From Chara braunii (taxonomy: Eukaryota; Plantae; Charophyceae): a DNA stretch of 54,174 nt. The DNA lies in NCBI GenBank assembly GCA_003427395.1, contig BFEA01000025.1, forward strand, positions 2,026,676-2,080,849, written 5' to 3'. The position numbers and the translations under genes are program-made. The notes beneath the pieces are model-generated. The model had not been told where the DNA came from, did no database searches, and was given only the letters and a program-made list of their open reading frames with translations. This document shows positions 1 to 13,474 of this stretch, in pieces; position 1 is the first letter of the stretch; each line of letters starts with the position of its first letter.

Positions 1-980
1 AAGGAATATGGAAAGATACATAGCCATGATTTTTGTCTGCTGTGGATGTCGAGAGTAGTGCAGCGAGGCCCATTATCAATGTCCACATTTCGCGAGTAGT
101 GGAGCCAGGCCCTACACAAACCACCACGTGCCAGTGGTGGAAGAAATCGACAAAAGCAGAAAAAAAAAAGGAGAAACGGAAAAAAAGAAAAATAGAAAAA
201 AAAAAGGACATGCATAAGGACTTGCACAAAAGACAAAAGCTAAATTGGTGGTGTGTCTGGGCATGTTCTAGCGGAGGGTTCACTCTTGTTTGTTTTTTTG
301 TGCATGTGGAGAGTGGTGGAGAGAAGCTGAAGATGGGTCTCGCTCCACTACTCTAGACTCTCGAAGATTTTCGCGAGTGAGTCTAGAGCTGTCAGACTCT
401 AGAAACCACTGGAAAAGAGAACATCGCTCCACTTACTCTAGAAGGTCAAACTCAAGGCGGCCTCTCGGATGTTGGACCGCTCTTTGAGAGAGCTACACGA
501 CACGGCCAGCACGTTGCTGTCTGCCCAGACTCCAGGTGCACTCCATAAAAATGCTCAACTTTCGAAGGTCCTGGATGCCTCCCTTGAAATTCCCGCCGCT
601 GCAGGCGGGAGCTCTCGAATCGTCAAGAGTGCCACGGGAGAGGAGGTTCTGACAACTCAAGAAATGCACTTTCGTGAGTGTGTTTCATGAGGTAGTGGAG
701 CGACGACCGATTCTGGCCATTTTCGTGAGTAGACACTGACAGCTCAAGAACCCGAACTCCAGACCTGTCGTCTAGAGTAAGTGGAGCGGTGCCGTGCTCA
801 AGAAATGGGCGGTTTCTAGAGTAGTGGAGCGAGACCCGATGTCTCTGGAAGGGCGACGACCGCTCCACTACTCACCAAATCTGCGAACTGAGAATGAATC
901 GTCTCCTAGAACACTCCCAGATACATGGCCATATTTTTTTGTCTTTTATGCATGCGGTGTGTAGTGGAACCAGGCCCATG
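1..980. repeat. Dispersed repeat with GAGTAGTGGAGCGAGACCC modules in both orientations
   Basis: Module at ~53, ~94, ~335 (minus), ~819 and ~860 (minus). Same family at ~52265-52380, where ATGTATCTTTCCAT is the reverse complement of bases 8-21. Confidence 0.6.
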
Positions 981-3789
981 ATCATCAAACCGACCGGCCC
1001 CGGGTAATTCAGAATTACTTCAGTAAGTATTTTGCTCGTCTGCTTCCAGTGGAGTTCGAACTCAGCACCTGGTCTGTATTTGAAATTGAACAGTACAGGG
1101 GGTGTACCAACTGTATTTCTACTATTTGGCCAGTTGGTAGCTGGTGCGTTTGCCTTTGGCTTACCCTTTTTTTTCCCTTTTTTTTGTGGCAGAAACCGAG
1201 AAGGCTCAGCGTCCTTATGGTTGCCATAGCCCTCCTTCGTCGTTTCGTCTCATCCCTGCCTCTGAGGCGCGGCTTCGAGTTTCCTATTGGTTTTGTTAAC
1301 AAGCAGATCCTTATGGTCCTGGCTCCATTCTATTCTGGAGAGCATCACAGTCTGGTTCCGTTTTCCTCGGTGGGATTTCCAGGATCCCGGCCTCAATCTT
1401 CTTATTGCTAAAAAAAAAAAAAAAAACTTGTGGTTTCACGGTAACTTTAACCCATTTTATCGACACATGTGCCTGACCTGTTTTTCAGCAGATATATCCT
1501 CTGGCTAGGACCCCCGTCAGACACTTGGCAGAACAGAAATATTATAAAGAAAAAAGCTAAAAAAAATATAAAAAAACTGATTGTATGATGTGTAACAAGC
1601 ACTTTCGTGAAAAGTAGAGATTTCTGGAAAACTGGCCCCAATTCGAAAGCTTTACGGGAATTTTTTAGAAAAAAACAGTTTTCAAGGTTCTCACACAAGA
1701 CCTGTATTTTCGGTCAGGTAACGGAACAGACAAGCAAATATGGAAAGGGCAAAACAACATGCTTAGGCAGGGCAAATGCGGATTGCATCAACGCAGCGCG
1801 CTAGGGCGTCGCTTCTGGCGGCGCTTGGGCTACGGGGGAGCGCGCATAGCCCAAACTTGTAGTCGGGGGTGGCGGAGGCGAGAAGGGAAGATGGGCGCGA
1901 GGGCGTCGGGGGGTATCGCCTTGGGGGGGCACAGCCATGCCCCTGCCATAGCCCGGTCTCGGTCGACTTAGGTCGGCAATCCTGTGCTGATCATGGGTGG
2001 ATGGGGACAGATGTGAGGTGGTTGGCCGGGCGGGATCTGAGCGTCGTCTCATACCAGAATTATCACCTAGTCAGGGGCTTTGCCCACTGATTATAGATAC
2101 AGAAACCTAATGACTGCAGAAGATGGACATGTCGATTGTTGGACTTGCGGGGAGGTACGGAGCAGTGGAGAGGCGACGGGAAGCTGCAAGGACGAGAGGA
2201 TTGGCAAGTGCGCGTACAGATACCTGGCTCTATCACTTGGTGAAGGGGTAACCGTCCCTCCCCCTTTTTCGCTGGGAGTGCCGAACAAGACAAGATGATT
2301 GTTCAATGGCCGTGGATATCCTTCTGTAGAATTTGTAGAATTGTAGCGCTGGAATTAGCTATCGTGTTGGGAATTTACCTAGCTACGAGAATGGTTGTGA
2401 CTTTAGTAATTCATTGGGTAGATTTTGTATCCTGTAATTTCGTTTGTTGAACTTGTGCACTGGGTTTGTTTAGTTTGCTTCTAACTGGTGTTGTAAAATC
2501 GGGTTGCTTAGCTTGCGTGGTTTTAATAGGAGAATTGCAATTTCAGTGCTTAGGAATTGGTGGTGACTGTCGAGTGATTACAGGATACTAATTGGAACAT
2601 TGGAAAAATGAAAACAGAGATTAGTTGGAAGCTCAGTAGCATTAGAATTGAACTTTTTGAATTGTGCTTGGTTCTTAATGGTTGGTTAGTAGTAGTTACG
2701 GTTTGAGTAATCTCAATTCGTGCTCGTTTCTTAATGGTTGGGTACTGGTAGTTAGGGTTTGCGTAAATCTTTGATTGATTCTGGCTTTGTTAGTAGTAGC
2801 TAGGGTTTGAGTTGTTTTCATTGAATTCTGGCTGCAGTCGGGGATGGGATTAGTCAGGCGTGCTTTTCCCAGCCTCATATGGCTGCAGTTCATATGTAAG
2901 GGACGCTGGACCCGTTTTCCAGCATATAATGGAATGGTCGAAGTTCTGTAAAAAAAAAAAAAAAAAAAAAAAAAAGAGCAAGCAAATATTTCAGTAGCGC
3001 AAGTCAAATATGGAAGAATGAAAAGACAGTTCGACAAATAACAGCAAGCAAAATGGAGAGCCTGCCAGCCTTAGCACCTGCCATCTCATACAATAGGACG
3101 TCGGTTTCTAATAAGGCAGCCTAGCCCTAATTTCCCTCAGGCAACAATTCCAAGTACGTAATGGAACTGCTTTGCGAGCCTGCCGTCTTCACCCGAATAA
3201 TGGAATGCCCGGTAATCATTGCGGTATCTGGACTGAAAGTTGCACCAAATACAGGTATAATGACCGGTAGCCTTGATCGCCTTCTCACAACGAAGATCAA
3301 TCTCCACAGCCAGCACTTGCTCTTGGAGAGGAGTGTAATAACAACTGTCGTCCCTGACTGCAAGAAAAGCATCTAGAATGTACAAGTCGTTGGGTTATGG
3401 AGAACTTCCCGATGAGCCACTCCTCTCACATCGGGAGGGGTTTCTGATATCTACACAGCATCTCGTTGTCTGTAGCAAACGCATACTTCGGCGGGAGAGG
3501 TTTCTGATGAGTCGCTATAAATGACAAAGGGCCTCACTAGAAATGACAAAGGGCCTTCCTACAAATGATAAAGGGCCTCACTCCCAATGAGTCACTACAT
3601 TGCGCGTCCCCAGCAGGTCAACCTTGAATCCGAGTCGTTAAACTGAAGCTGGTGGGGTTCTCTAGTTCCAGTGTCACTATGGAAACCCCCAAAACAAGAT
3701 GGGACCAGCAGGTAGGTAGTATGATTAAGTTCTAGAAAGCGTCCAAATGCATGTGGAGTGTTGTGTAGTGGAGTGAGGCCCTTTGTCAT

Positions 3790-4200
3790 TTGTCGATCTG
3801 GCTAGACACGTTCGAGGATCGACTGTAGATTCAGGAGGGCAGCAAGAACAACGAGATGGGGAGCCATCGAGATACCCCAGTCCACCCTACAATGCAATAA
3901 TTTGAAAATGTAGATTTAGAATCACCAAACATTTGAGTAGAGCAGAGGCCCCAGCAAGAACCCTGTATGAAGAACAGGTAACCTGCTTCAAGTTCTCAGG
4001 ATTAACCTCTATCTTATGCTTTGTGAAGCGTTCCCTAACATCCACAGTGTCATCTGCACCATAGGCGCAAAGGAAGTCCAAGTTGCTGAGGGCGAAGGGA
4101 ACCTGTCCTCCAGTTTGGCACTCAGCTGGAGCATGTCACAGGATAATACCTTGACACTCCCTTCGTAGCCCTCCCGCTCAATCAAAGTCCACTCTGCAAA
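3790..4200 (-). pseudogene. Possible highly decayed hAT transposase C-terminal remnant
   Basis: Minus-strand pieces LEDRFPS, DW..PHLV and STVD/ERV (across frameshifts) loosely recall the hAT dimerisation-domain STxxCERxFS motif. Weak. Confidence 0.2.
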
Positions 4201-4872
4201 GAAAACCGAAGGATCTTGTGAGGCAGTTGCCTGCTCAACTTGCTGTGAAACGTTGCCATTGTCCCTCTAGGCCCCTGCCACCTAGTGCCTTCTTCCTCTT
4301 CTACAAAGGCTGCTGCTGCGTCGACCCTGGGGAGGGTGCAAGACCTTGCCTGGGCGCAACCATATTGACGTTTGGAAGAAGGAAGGGTTGCCGAAGGGAC
4401 CAACCCCTCTGGAGGTGGGCAAGCCCCACCAGCGCGGTCGGTTTCCTCTAACAGCATCTTACAGGTGACGAGAGACTGCTGGTTGACAACAGCGCTAGCA
4501 ACACGAACCCGTGACGAGGGAGGGGCGCACGAGAGGCCATAGGCCCCGACATCACCCCCACCTCCACTTCCCCCCCTCTCTCTACCATCTACCTTGTCGC
4601 CACCGCGATCTCTGTCGCCGATGCTATTTCCCTTGTTACCACCGGCTCCACCCCCAAGATCGCCCATCGCCGCCTCCATCTCCCCCGCCGCCGCCATCTC
4701 CCCGCCTACCTCTGCGATCTTTTTCTCTGCCATCGCTCCTGTTACCGCACCCATCATCTCCCTGTTTGTCACCGCCATCTCCCCTATGGCTGCCACCATC
4801 TCCGCCGCAATGTCATCTCCACTGCCATCATCTCCCCCACTGCCGCCACCATCTTCTCCTCTACCGCCATCT

Positions 4873-7562
4873 CCCCCTCTGCCTCCGCCATCTTCCCTGT
4901 TGCCGCCCCCATGATTCAATTACGTAATCGAGTCTCGCTTGCCTCCGATTACGTAATCAAATCGGTTGCGTAATCGAATCAATTATGTAATCGATTCGAT
5001 TACATAATCGAGTCGATTATGCAATCGATTCAATTACGCAATCGAATCGGGTACAGGGAAGGCAGAGGCAGGGGCGATGGCGGCGGTGGGGTTGGAGATG
5101 GCAACAGCGGGGCAGATGTTGGCAGGGGCAAGGGAAGAGGCGGGCGAGGAGAAGATAGCAGCGGTAGGGAAGATAGCGGTGGCGGGGATTCTCGCTGCCA
5201 CCACGATCTTCCTCACCGCTGCTATCTCCCGCTCCACCTCCACCGTTTCCCCCGCCACCATCTCTCCAATCACCTACATAATCTTCCCCGCCGCCAACAT
5301 CTCCCCTTTCGCTCCAGCGTCTCCTGGTCCACCATCTCCCACTTCGCCTCCGCCTTCTCTGCCCCTGCTGCCATGGCAATAGCGGGGCAGATGGCGGAGA
5401 GGAAGATGGCGGAGGAGGAGGGTTAGATGGGAGAGGTGGAGACGCCGGATGCAGAGGGGGAGATGAAAGCAGTGGGGAAGCTGGTGGTGGAGGTGGGGGA
5501 GATGGCAGTGATTGGGGAGATGGAAGCGGCAGGGGAGGTTGGCGGCGGTGGGGGAGGTTGGGGGCAGCGGCGGAGAAGACGGCAGAGATGGCGGAGATGG
5601 CTGCGGCATCTCAATCCCCCCCGCGGCTGCCTCCATTTTCCCTGTCGACACCTCCATCCTCCCTGCCTCCGCCATCTCCCCAACACTACCGCCATTTTCC
5701 CCGTCTCTACCACCATCTTCCTCTCCGCAGCCATCTCCCACTATGCTGCCGTCATCTTCCCTGCCTCCACCATATTTCCGTGTGCCGCCGCCATCCCCCC
5801 CCTTGTCGTCATCTCACCCTTTGCGGCAGCAACGGGGGAGACAGTGGTGGCAGGGGAGATGGTTTGTTTGTGTGTGTGTGTGTCTATGTCATCGCCACAT
5901 GGCTCGACTTTACACCACTGTTCGGAAATGAATCAATTACGTAATCGATTTCAATTTGCAGCAGGCAAAAAAATGCGTGTGTAGAAATGAAATCGATTAT
6001 GTAATCGATTGTATTTCAGCATATGCCAAATAGAATCAATTACGTAATCGATTTTGCTTTTGCACAGGCAGGAAAGGGGGAAAAGAAACTCAAAAAAATC
6101 TGAACAAAATATATGTTGTGCAGCATCCCAATACAAGCAACATTTGCCTGTGCGCCATCCAAAATTTCTCACTCAATCTTAAGGGGGGGGAAAAAACGGA
6201 AAACAAAAAACGCAGGTTTGAGGAGAGGTTTCTCGGACTTTCTCCCTGTCGTTTGTTTTTCGGTTTTTGTTTTTTCCCAGGATTTGAATACAAATTTCGG
6301 GATGGTGCTCAGGCAAATCTTGCTTGCATTGGGACGCTGCACAACAGTTGTTTTTCTCAGATTTTTACACTTTTTTTTTTTTTTTTTTTTTTGCCTGTGC
6401 AAAAATAGAATTGATTACATCGAATTCTATTTGGCATATGCTGAAAAACAATCGATTACATTTCTATGCACGCGTTTTTTGCCTTTTGTGAAAACGAAAT
6501 TGATTACATAATCGATGTCTTTCCGCCACGTGGCGCAAAGCCGGGCCCTGTGGCGATGACATACACACACACACACAGCATCTCCCCCGCCGCTGCCATC
6601 TCCCCCTAAGCCATCTCCCTGATGCCGTCGTGCCATCTCCCCCTCCGCCTCTGCCATTTCCCCCCCCCGCCTCAGCCATCTCCCCCGCCACCTCAGCCAT
6701 CTCCCCTGCTGCCGCCATCTCCCCCGTCGCCACCGCGAAGGGTGAAATGACGGTGGCACCGAGAAAGATGGCCGAGGCAGGGAAGATGACGGGTGTGTAG
6801 GGGGAGATGGCGGTCGAGGGGAAGATGGCGCAGACATGGGGGAAATGGCGGCAGTGTTGGGGAGATGGCGGCGGCGATGGAGGAAATGGAGGCGGCGGCA
6901 GAGGAAACAGAGGCGCCACGGCCATCTCCTCCATCTTTGCCATCCCCCCCTGCAACCATCTTCCCCGCCGCCACCTCCTTCTCCCTCGCCGCCATCCTTC
7001 CCCGCCGCCTCCATCTCCCCAGCCGCTGCCATCTCCCCCGACTCCACCGCCAAGATCCGCCATTTTCCCCACTGCTTCCATCCCCTCCTCTGCCCCCACC
7101 ATCTTCCTCGCTGCCGCCATTTGCCCCGCCACCACTATGGCAGCGGCGGCAGGGAAAATGGTGGAGGCGAATAGGGAGATGGCGGAGGGGGAAACACCGG
7201 AGCAAATGGGGAGATGGTGGCAGCGGCGAAGATGACATAGGTGGAGGGAGGGATGGCGGAGCAGGAGATTGTGGAGGCGGAGCGGGAGATTGTGGTGGCG
7301 GGGAAGATCGTGGCAGCAACAAGGGTTCCCCCTCCCCGCTATCTTTCCCACCACTATTATCTCCTCCTCCGCCGCCGCCATCTCCCCTTCCACTGCGGCC
7401 ATCTACCCGGCCGCTGACATCTCCCCTCCCACCGCCGCCTCTCCCCTATCTCTGCCATCTTCCCCGTAATCAAATCGATTATGTAATCAAACGTAAGAGA
7501 GACTCAATTACGTAACCGAATGATGGGGGCGCCGACAGGGAAGATGGCGGAGGCGGAGGGGG
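4873..7562. mobile_element. ~2.7-kb foldback (long imperfect inverted repeat) built from GCCGCCATCTCCCC and AATCGATTACGTAATCG modules
   Basis: ~5865-6168 is the reverse complement of ~6292-6580, and ~4873-4936 is the reverse complement of ~7498-7562. Centre is ~6230. Confidence 0.8.
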
Positions 7563-8117
7563 TAGCGGACGATCTGCGTTTTTATGCTTCTGCGGCGAGA
7601 GGTTTGATGGTGGCATTTCAGGATTGGCTCCTTTGCTCTTGTGCCCTTTGCACAATTCGAACAGTGAAAGGTTGTAAATAAATAAAAATATGCTACAATA
7701 ATTGTCCCTGGGAAAACAGGCAGTGAGCCATGTCTTTCCATTTCCTCGTGTATGTTGTCTGCTGGGGGTTCATCCATCGTTCCAACCATACTGATGGATG
7801 TCCTCCAGAGTTTTTGAATACCTATTTTTCTGCTGATGTTTGTCTCCTAAGCTTCTATTGTTTCCCGAAAACATGCTTTTAGTTGTGTTGTAGTGACACA
7901 AAAGTCATAGGTCTGTGTTTTGCTGAAAACTAGGTTTTGGAAAAAGGGCTGCACTATTTTGCAAACTGGACATTTGTCTTGGTCCAGGTTTCACCAAGTG
8001 CTTGTTGTGTATCTACCGTAGGAGAAAAAGTGCATGGAGCCCAATTATGGAGGCATTGGTGTGAAGTTCTTTTGCTCCTTGAATGTTAGCTTCCAGTGGT
8101 AATGGGTTTGTGCTGGC

Positions 8118-8590
8118 TTAAACCACCAACACCCTTCACAGGCGAAGTCTAAATCGAAGTTATAACCTGTAGCGCAGTCTTCGGAGGCCGGGTGCCACCA
8201 CCGGACCAAAATGGCTGGCGGCACCAGCCAAAACAAAAGAAAAAAGGTCAAGCTGGAGCTTAGGCATTGACAGGCAAAGCTTGGCGCACAATTCTACTCT
8301 GCCCCGGCAAAAAGACGCTGGGAGGTAGTAGTGGTTTACACTGCCAGTACACGGCCCCATGCCTCACGCCTACCAGACCACAATGGCTGGTGTAGCGCCA
8401 GCGAAAACAGAAAAAAAGTGTGCCGCCGGCGGTTCGGCAAAGCTTGGCACGCAGTTTAGCACCTCCAGGCCCTGGTGTACTGGTGGTTTAAACCACCAGT
8501 GCTCCACCAGGCGACATGCGAGGATGTCCTAGTTAACATTGTATCGCGAAAAGGCTCGGCCTACCTGACCGAAAATGCTGGCAGTGTCCA
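8118..8590. mobile_element. Tandem copies of the TTAA/ACCACCAGTAC MITE family
   Basis: Junctions GTGGTTTACACTGCCAGTAC (~8331-8350) and GTACTGGTGGTTTAAACCACCAGTGC (~8477-8502). GGCAAAGCTTGGC is shared internally at ~8273 and ~8436. Confidence 0.55.
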
Positions 8591-9346
8591 GTAGGTCATT
8601 GTCTGCGGCAGGTTGGTGTTTGGGGGTGGGCATAATCACCGATGGGAAAGAAGAGGCCTGGAGGTAATTATGGTGAACCCGAGCGAACTTGGGTCAGGTG
8701 CATACAAAACTGTCCTCTCAAGACTTCGAGTGGAGTGCAAATGCTGCTCCCCACGAATATTAGAGCCTCTGTATACGCAGAAAGAAAAAAAGAAAAAAAA
8801 GAAACAGAGACTGCAAGTGTGCCCCAGCCCTGAACACCAACCTTGACCCCGTGGCCTCCAACCCTTTTTCACAATCGCCATTGTCCCGGCCATATCGACA
8901 AAGCTCTGCTCCTGTACCTGATTGATATTCCGAGGGAATACATTTGAAAAAAAAAGGAGAAAGTTACGGTGCAGTCAGGGTTTGAGTTTGAAAATGCACT
9001 TCAGGCAAAAGGCCTGAAAATGTTGAACGTATACAAGCTAGGTTTCGGGTCTGGTAGGGTCACTTGGGGGGGTGTTATGTTCAGGGGAAGGCTTGAAGTA
9101 CATTGTCAAACTGTTTGCGTGACTGCGCCATAGTTACATCCCCCCCCCAAAAAGTGTCTCCTCTTAGATCCAGAAGTAGAAACCCTGAATGAAGTCCTTG
9201 TGAGCTAAGACATGTCCTTTTGTGGGGATGGTACCTGGACAGGCCATTTAAGTTTGGAAAATGCAGGAAATAACCCCTTCAAAATTCACCGGGATCATGT
9301 CCTTTGGGACATCCCTTAAAATTGGAATGATAGTATTATGATACCA

Positions 9347-9420
9347 ATGGGTCTAGCTCAGTTGGTACACCCATGAACTGTTGAAAAATACAGACTTCAG
9401 TTCGAATCCCAACCAACTCA
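9347..9420 (+). mobile_element. tRNA-derived SINE head or tRNA pseudogene
   Basis: A box TAGCTCAGTTGG (9354-9365) and B box GTTCGAATCCC (9400-9410) at tRNA spacing. Acceptor and anticodon stems do not pair well. Confidence 0.55.
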
Positions 9421-9599
9421 CATGAGCAAGTAAGTCTGAATTTACCTGGGGCCAGTCAGTTTGAAGATGATAGCTGAACGCCATCGCCCTTGTCGACCAT
9501 CTCTACCTTTCACAGGCAAACTCAAAACGCCAATTTGCTACAAAATGCATTCTACGGGTGAACAGTGCCAATGGACCAAAATGCCTGGCAGCACTTAGC

Positions 9600-9630
<31 letters not shown>

Positions 9631-10399
9631 ACATTGTGCTGGCGCTTTGGCAAAGCGTGGCGCGCAGGTCTTTTCCGCCTCGGCAAAAAGAGGGTTGGGG
9701 GAAGTGGGGTTTCAGAAAAAGGCGGGGGGAAGCACCTGGATGGGCACATGCCCAAGTGCATGATCTTCACCTGGCTGTACAGGTCCCATGTGCATTCTGG
9801 CTGGGCTAAGATTGTCCTTCAAAGCATACATGTCTATTTCTGTCCTTCCTCATGACCTGTAACTTTCCTGGTACCTTTTCGTTGGGCCCCATCGCAGTGT
9901 GAAAGGACAGCAACTGGAAATCACATTCCTCGGTCTGATTTGCTGCGGCAAAAGGCTGGGGACCGCATATAGAAACCACAGCTTAGTATCCAAGCCTCTT
10001 CCCAAACCCCTTTTGTTTTGTTTGTTTTCCTTGACCAGGGCTTATCCAAGCCTCTTTCCAAACCTATCGATATATATCCGGAATAATAGAGCGTGGTGTT
10101 GAAAAAATTGTTGTGGCCTGAGGTTGCCATGTGATAGATGTCCATAATTAGACCACCATAACTTTTCTCAGGGGCTGGAATCGTGGTGCACGCCAAAAAC
10201 AAACGAACTGGTTGAGGCCTCCTGCTTACAATTCCATTCCCGTTTGTTTTGTCTCCAACTAATCCATTTAAACCACCAGTACTTCCTAAAGTCGTGCCCG
10301 TTAACAAGCCACAATTTTTTGAAACGTAGCTTTTGCTTAAAACCTACCCCAACGCGTTGTACTGGAATCAACTGGAATCAACTGACGTATGGTCTTTAT

Positions 10400-12750
10400 A
10401 GCTGTATTTTGTTTATCTTTAAGTCTAAATACGGCTATAATGATTGTATGTTGTATTTGGAGGGAAAAAGGTAGTAGGCATTGTTCTGCAGTCGCCCTTG
10501 TCAGTGGGGAAGACTTGTCACAGTATTGGCAGAGCGGTAAGAGTTGGCCTTCTTGCTTCAGGTTTGCCTTGGAGACAAAGCAGTCCGGAGCAGGGAGACG
10601 TCCATAGAGTATTTGTCATTGTAGCGCCTTTTGTGATGTAGGAATAAGGTGGGTGTATCTGGGGCTGCAGTCAAAGGAGTGCAAATCCTGAGGTGTGAGA
10701 GAGGAGTCCTTAGTCCACCTTTGTTTGATGATACCATGACTTTCATAGTTTTCATGGATGGTCCTATATCCATCCTTTACGGTACATTGTTAGAGTTTGA
10801 TTTGCATATCCTTCTTCTTGTTCAGTCAGCTTCATTCGTCAGGGTCAAAGGGGAGTTGGTCGATCAGCGTGTTGCTGCAAAAAGCATACCAACCTTTGTT
10901 GTAGTCTCCAACCACTCAATTTCTCATGAGGCCCTGACCCAGGGTATCCTCTTGACCGAGTCCATCCTTCCATTGCTTATTAACTTGGTCCATCTTACTC
11001 CTAGGAAATGTAGGTCATACGCACGGAGCTCACTTCCCTTTGCTGGCATCTTCTTGAAAATTAATCTAAAAATTTTAAATATCGCACCGGGTAAACTGAG
11101 ATTGGAAGTGGCAGGTCTTTGACAATAACCACCCATGTAACCATTCCAAGGGAACAATATTTAGTAGGCTACATCCCGCATATTATTTGTGCAGTGTTTC
11201 AATTGTTCTTCCTTCTTCCAAAACTCTTCTTTGAAATCTTACAAGTCGCCTAAGGTGAAGATCCCCTTATTCACCTATGAAACTCATTGGACTTATTGTG
11301 GAGGGAGAATGGCATCCTCTTTTGGTTGAGGATAATCGGATTGTCGAAAATGATTGTCTCCACACTTTGAGTCACCGTAGTGGTGGCTTTTGTTATGTAG
11401 GGCTCATCCTACGCTAGAGGCGGATAAAGTTTTTTCAAAGCGGCTCAATGTGTGTATAACGTTTGGTCGCTATAGTAGAGTCGCCCTCCCGTCGTATTGG
11501 GTCTTTCCCTACAACGAGCCAAAAATAGTTTGGTAACTATATATTTTCATGCTTCCCTCTTTAGTCATTTGTTAACCTTCCTGTCACTCTTTCACAAATA
11601 GGCTGTGATGGTTGCCCTTATTGTTTGTAGGTACTTGAAACAATGTGATCAATTACCGCTTTGTACTAGGTTGTTTACGGCCAAGGTCCTTCCCACTAGC
11701 GATGTGTGGAACCCTTTCCATTGCGTCATTCTTTTCAGTGTTATGTCCACCCAAAATTCCCCATAATCATGAGGAGGGCCGAGAGAGGTCAGTCTAACAC
11801 CCAACACCCGGATCCCTTTCTCATTTGGTTTGAATCGATATCATTTTAATTCAGTCACCATCCCTCTATTATGGCACCATAGTTAATTGACATATCAGTG
11901 ACTAAAAAAAAAAAAAAATTATAGTATTTGCCAACATTCTGATTGAGTCCTACAACGCTTTCAGTAGGATCGTAAGATCAATAAATAATAAGGTGACGCG
12001 CATAAGGTATCGGGGAATCTCATAAAATGTCACCCTCTGAATTTCTTGATTCGATTTAATGGTTGTTGCTAAGATCTGCATTACTATGACAAAGATAAGT
12101 GGCGTTATAGGGTCCCCTTGTCTCACCGATCTTTGTAGTGAAAACGGGTGTAAGAGGTGCCCATTTACCATAATGTTCGTCATAGTCGATTGATGCAATA
12201 TAGTCACCTCACCCCCAAAGGTTTGTCTGAAATTCATTCTTTGGATATGAGAATCCACGAAGGCCCAATTTATATCATGGTACATTTTTTTTAAGTGCAC
12301 GAAGATGATTACAGTCGCCAGTCTTCTTCAGGTTCGTCGTGTGTATCGGATTGTCTCTTTGACTAAGGTGGTATAACCTTGAATGTTTCGTTTTAGGATA
12401 AGCCTTGTTTGTTATGGGTGGATGAGTTATTTTATATACGGTAGGAATTTGTTAGTCAGTGTTTTTTTCACCATCTTATACGGTATCAGTAGTAGTGTGA
12501 TTTGTTGGTAATTCTTGATTTCATTTAGTTTCCTTCTTTTGTATGTCAGGGTAGCGACACATTGGTTAAGCAGCCTCCCAAATGCTCTTTCCTTTTGGAC
12601 TGTGTGGATATAGTCCATTATGGAGTCACCCGAAAATTCCGAGAAGTGGGCCCATAACTCCTTTGGAAAGGAGTCAAATATCTGGCTTGGATTTGTAATA
12701 CGACATTATGGATCTCTTGCTTTAAGAGAGGGGCCTCAAGTTTCCCTTGT
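10400..12750 (-). mobile_element. Degenerate L1-clade LINE ORF2 (reverse transcriptase) remnant
   Basis: Minus-strand fragments match L1-type RT motifs: KNYQQITLLLIPYKMVKKTLTNKF (12427-12618) resembles NYRPISLL..YK...K.LANRL. KKMYHDINWAFV and NGHLLHPFSLQRSVRQGDPITPLIFVIVM (11950-12300) resemble KAYD.V.W.F and RQGDPLSP.LF. A CQYC Cys motif near 10520 may be the C-terminal zinc motif. Many stops and frameshifts. Confidence 0.8.
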
Positions 12751-13474
12751 TAAGTAATTGCAAATAATAAGTTTAGGTTATCCAACGTCCCTTGTAGTGA
12801 GCAAGGGGAAGCGAAGTAGCAAAGCAACAAAACAACAAGGTGACAAGGCAATAAGGCAGAGAGGAAACACAACAACAGGTCAGTGAGGCATGGAGAGGGG
12901 CGAAGCACATGGACAGCCAATTGGCAAGGAAACACATAGTACCAGCAACAGGGCAGTCGAGAAGTGAAGTACCATGGACTAGACAGCAACACAAGGCAAG
13001 CAAAAAGGCAGCAAGGTGACATCAATAAGACACTTCATTCATGCAACAGAGATTCAAACAAAACATCATCTACTCACACCACACGTATAACTTTACAAAC
13101 TATTGGTTCACACCACCACTAGAGTCAAGGAGTTACTTCGATGAATGTATGCATCATGCCAGGAATATACATGTACAAGCATCCCATACATAGCAGTTCC
13201 TCTAATCATATCACAAACACTTCAAACAAACGAGCACTGAGTATATGTCTTAAGGACTCCCACTTTGACACAGAAGAGGAGGACAAGAAAAGACTAAAGA
13301 ATGCATAAAGCAGACAAGAGAAGTAAAATACTTAGAATGAGGAAAAAAAAAAAAAAAAAAAAAGCTACACACGAAATTGCATATGATTGTGTGTTTGCGA
13401 GAGAGGGGGAGGGCAGGGAGGTAAGGAGGATAGTGGCTGTAAAGGCAATAATTTGGTTTTGATGAAACATTTAT

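Noticed and set aside
3504-3530. CTGATGAGTC...GAC hammerhead-like start
   Set aside because: Followed by AAAG rather than GAAA, and no stem III or NUH.
4182-7515. Long Ala/Gly/Pro-rich ORFs (up to 312 aa)
   Set aside because: Open in many frames on both strands because the GC-rich repeat lacks stops; no domain motifs.
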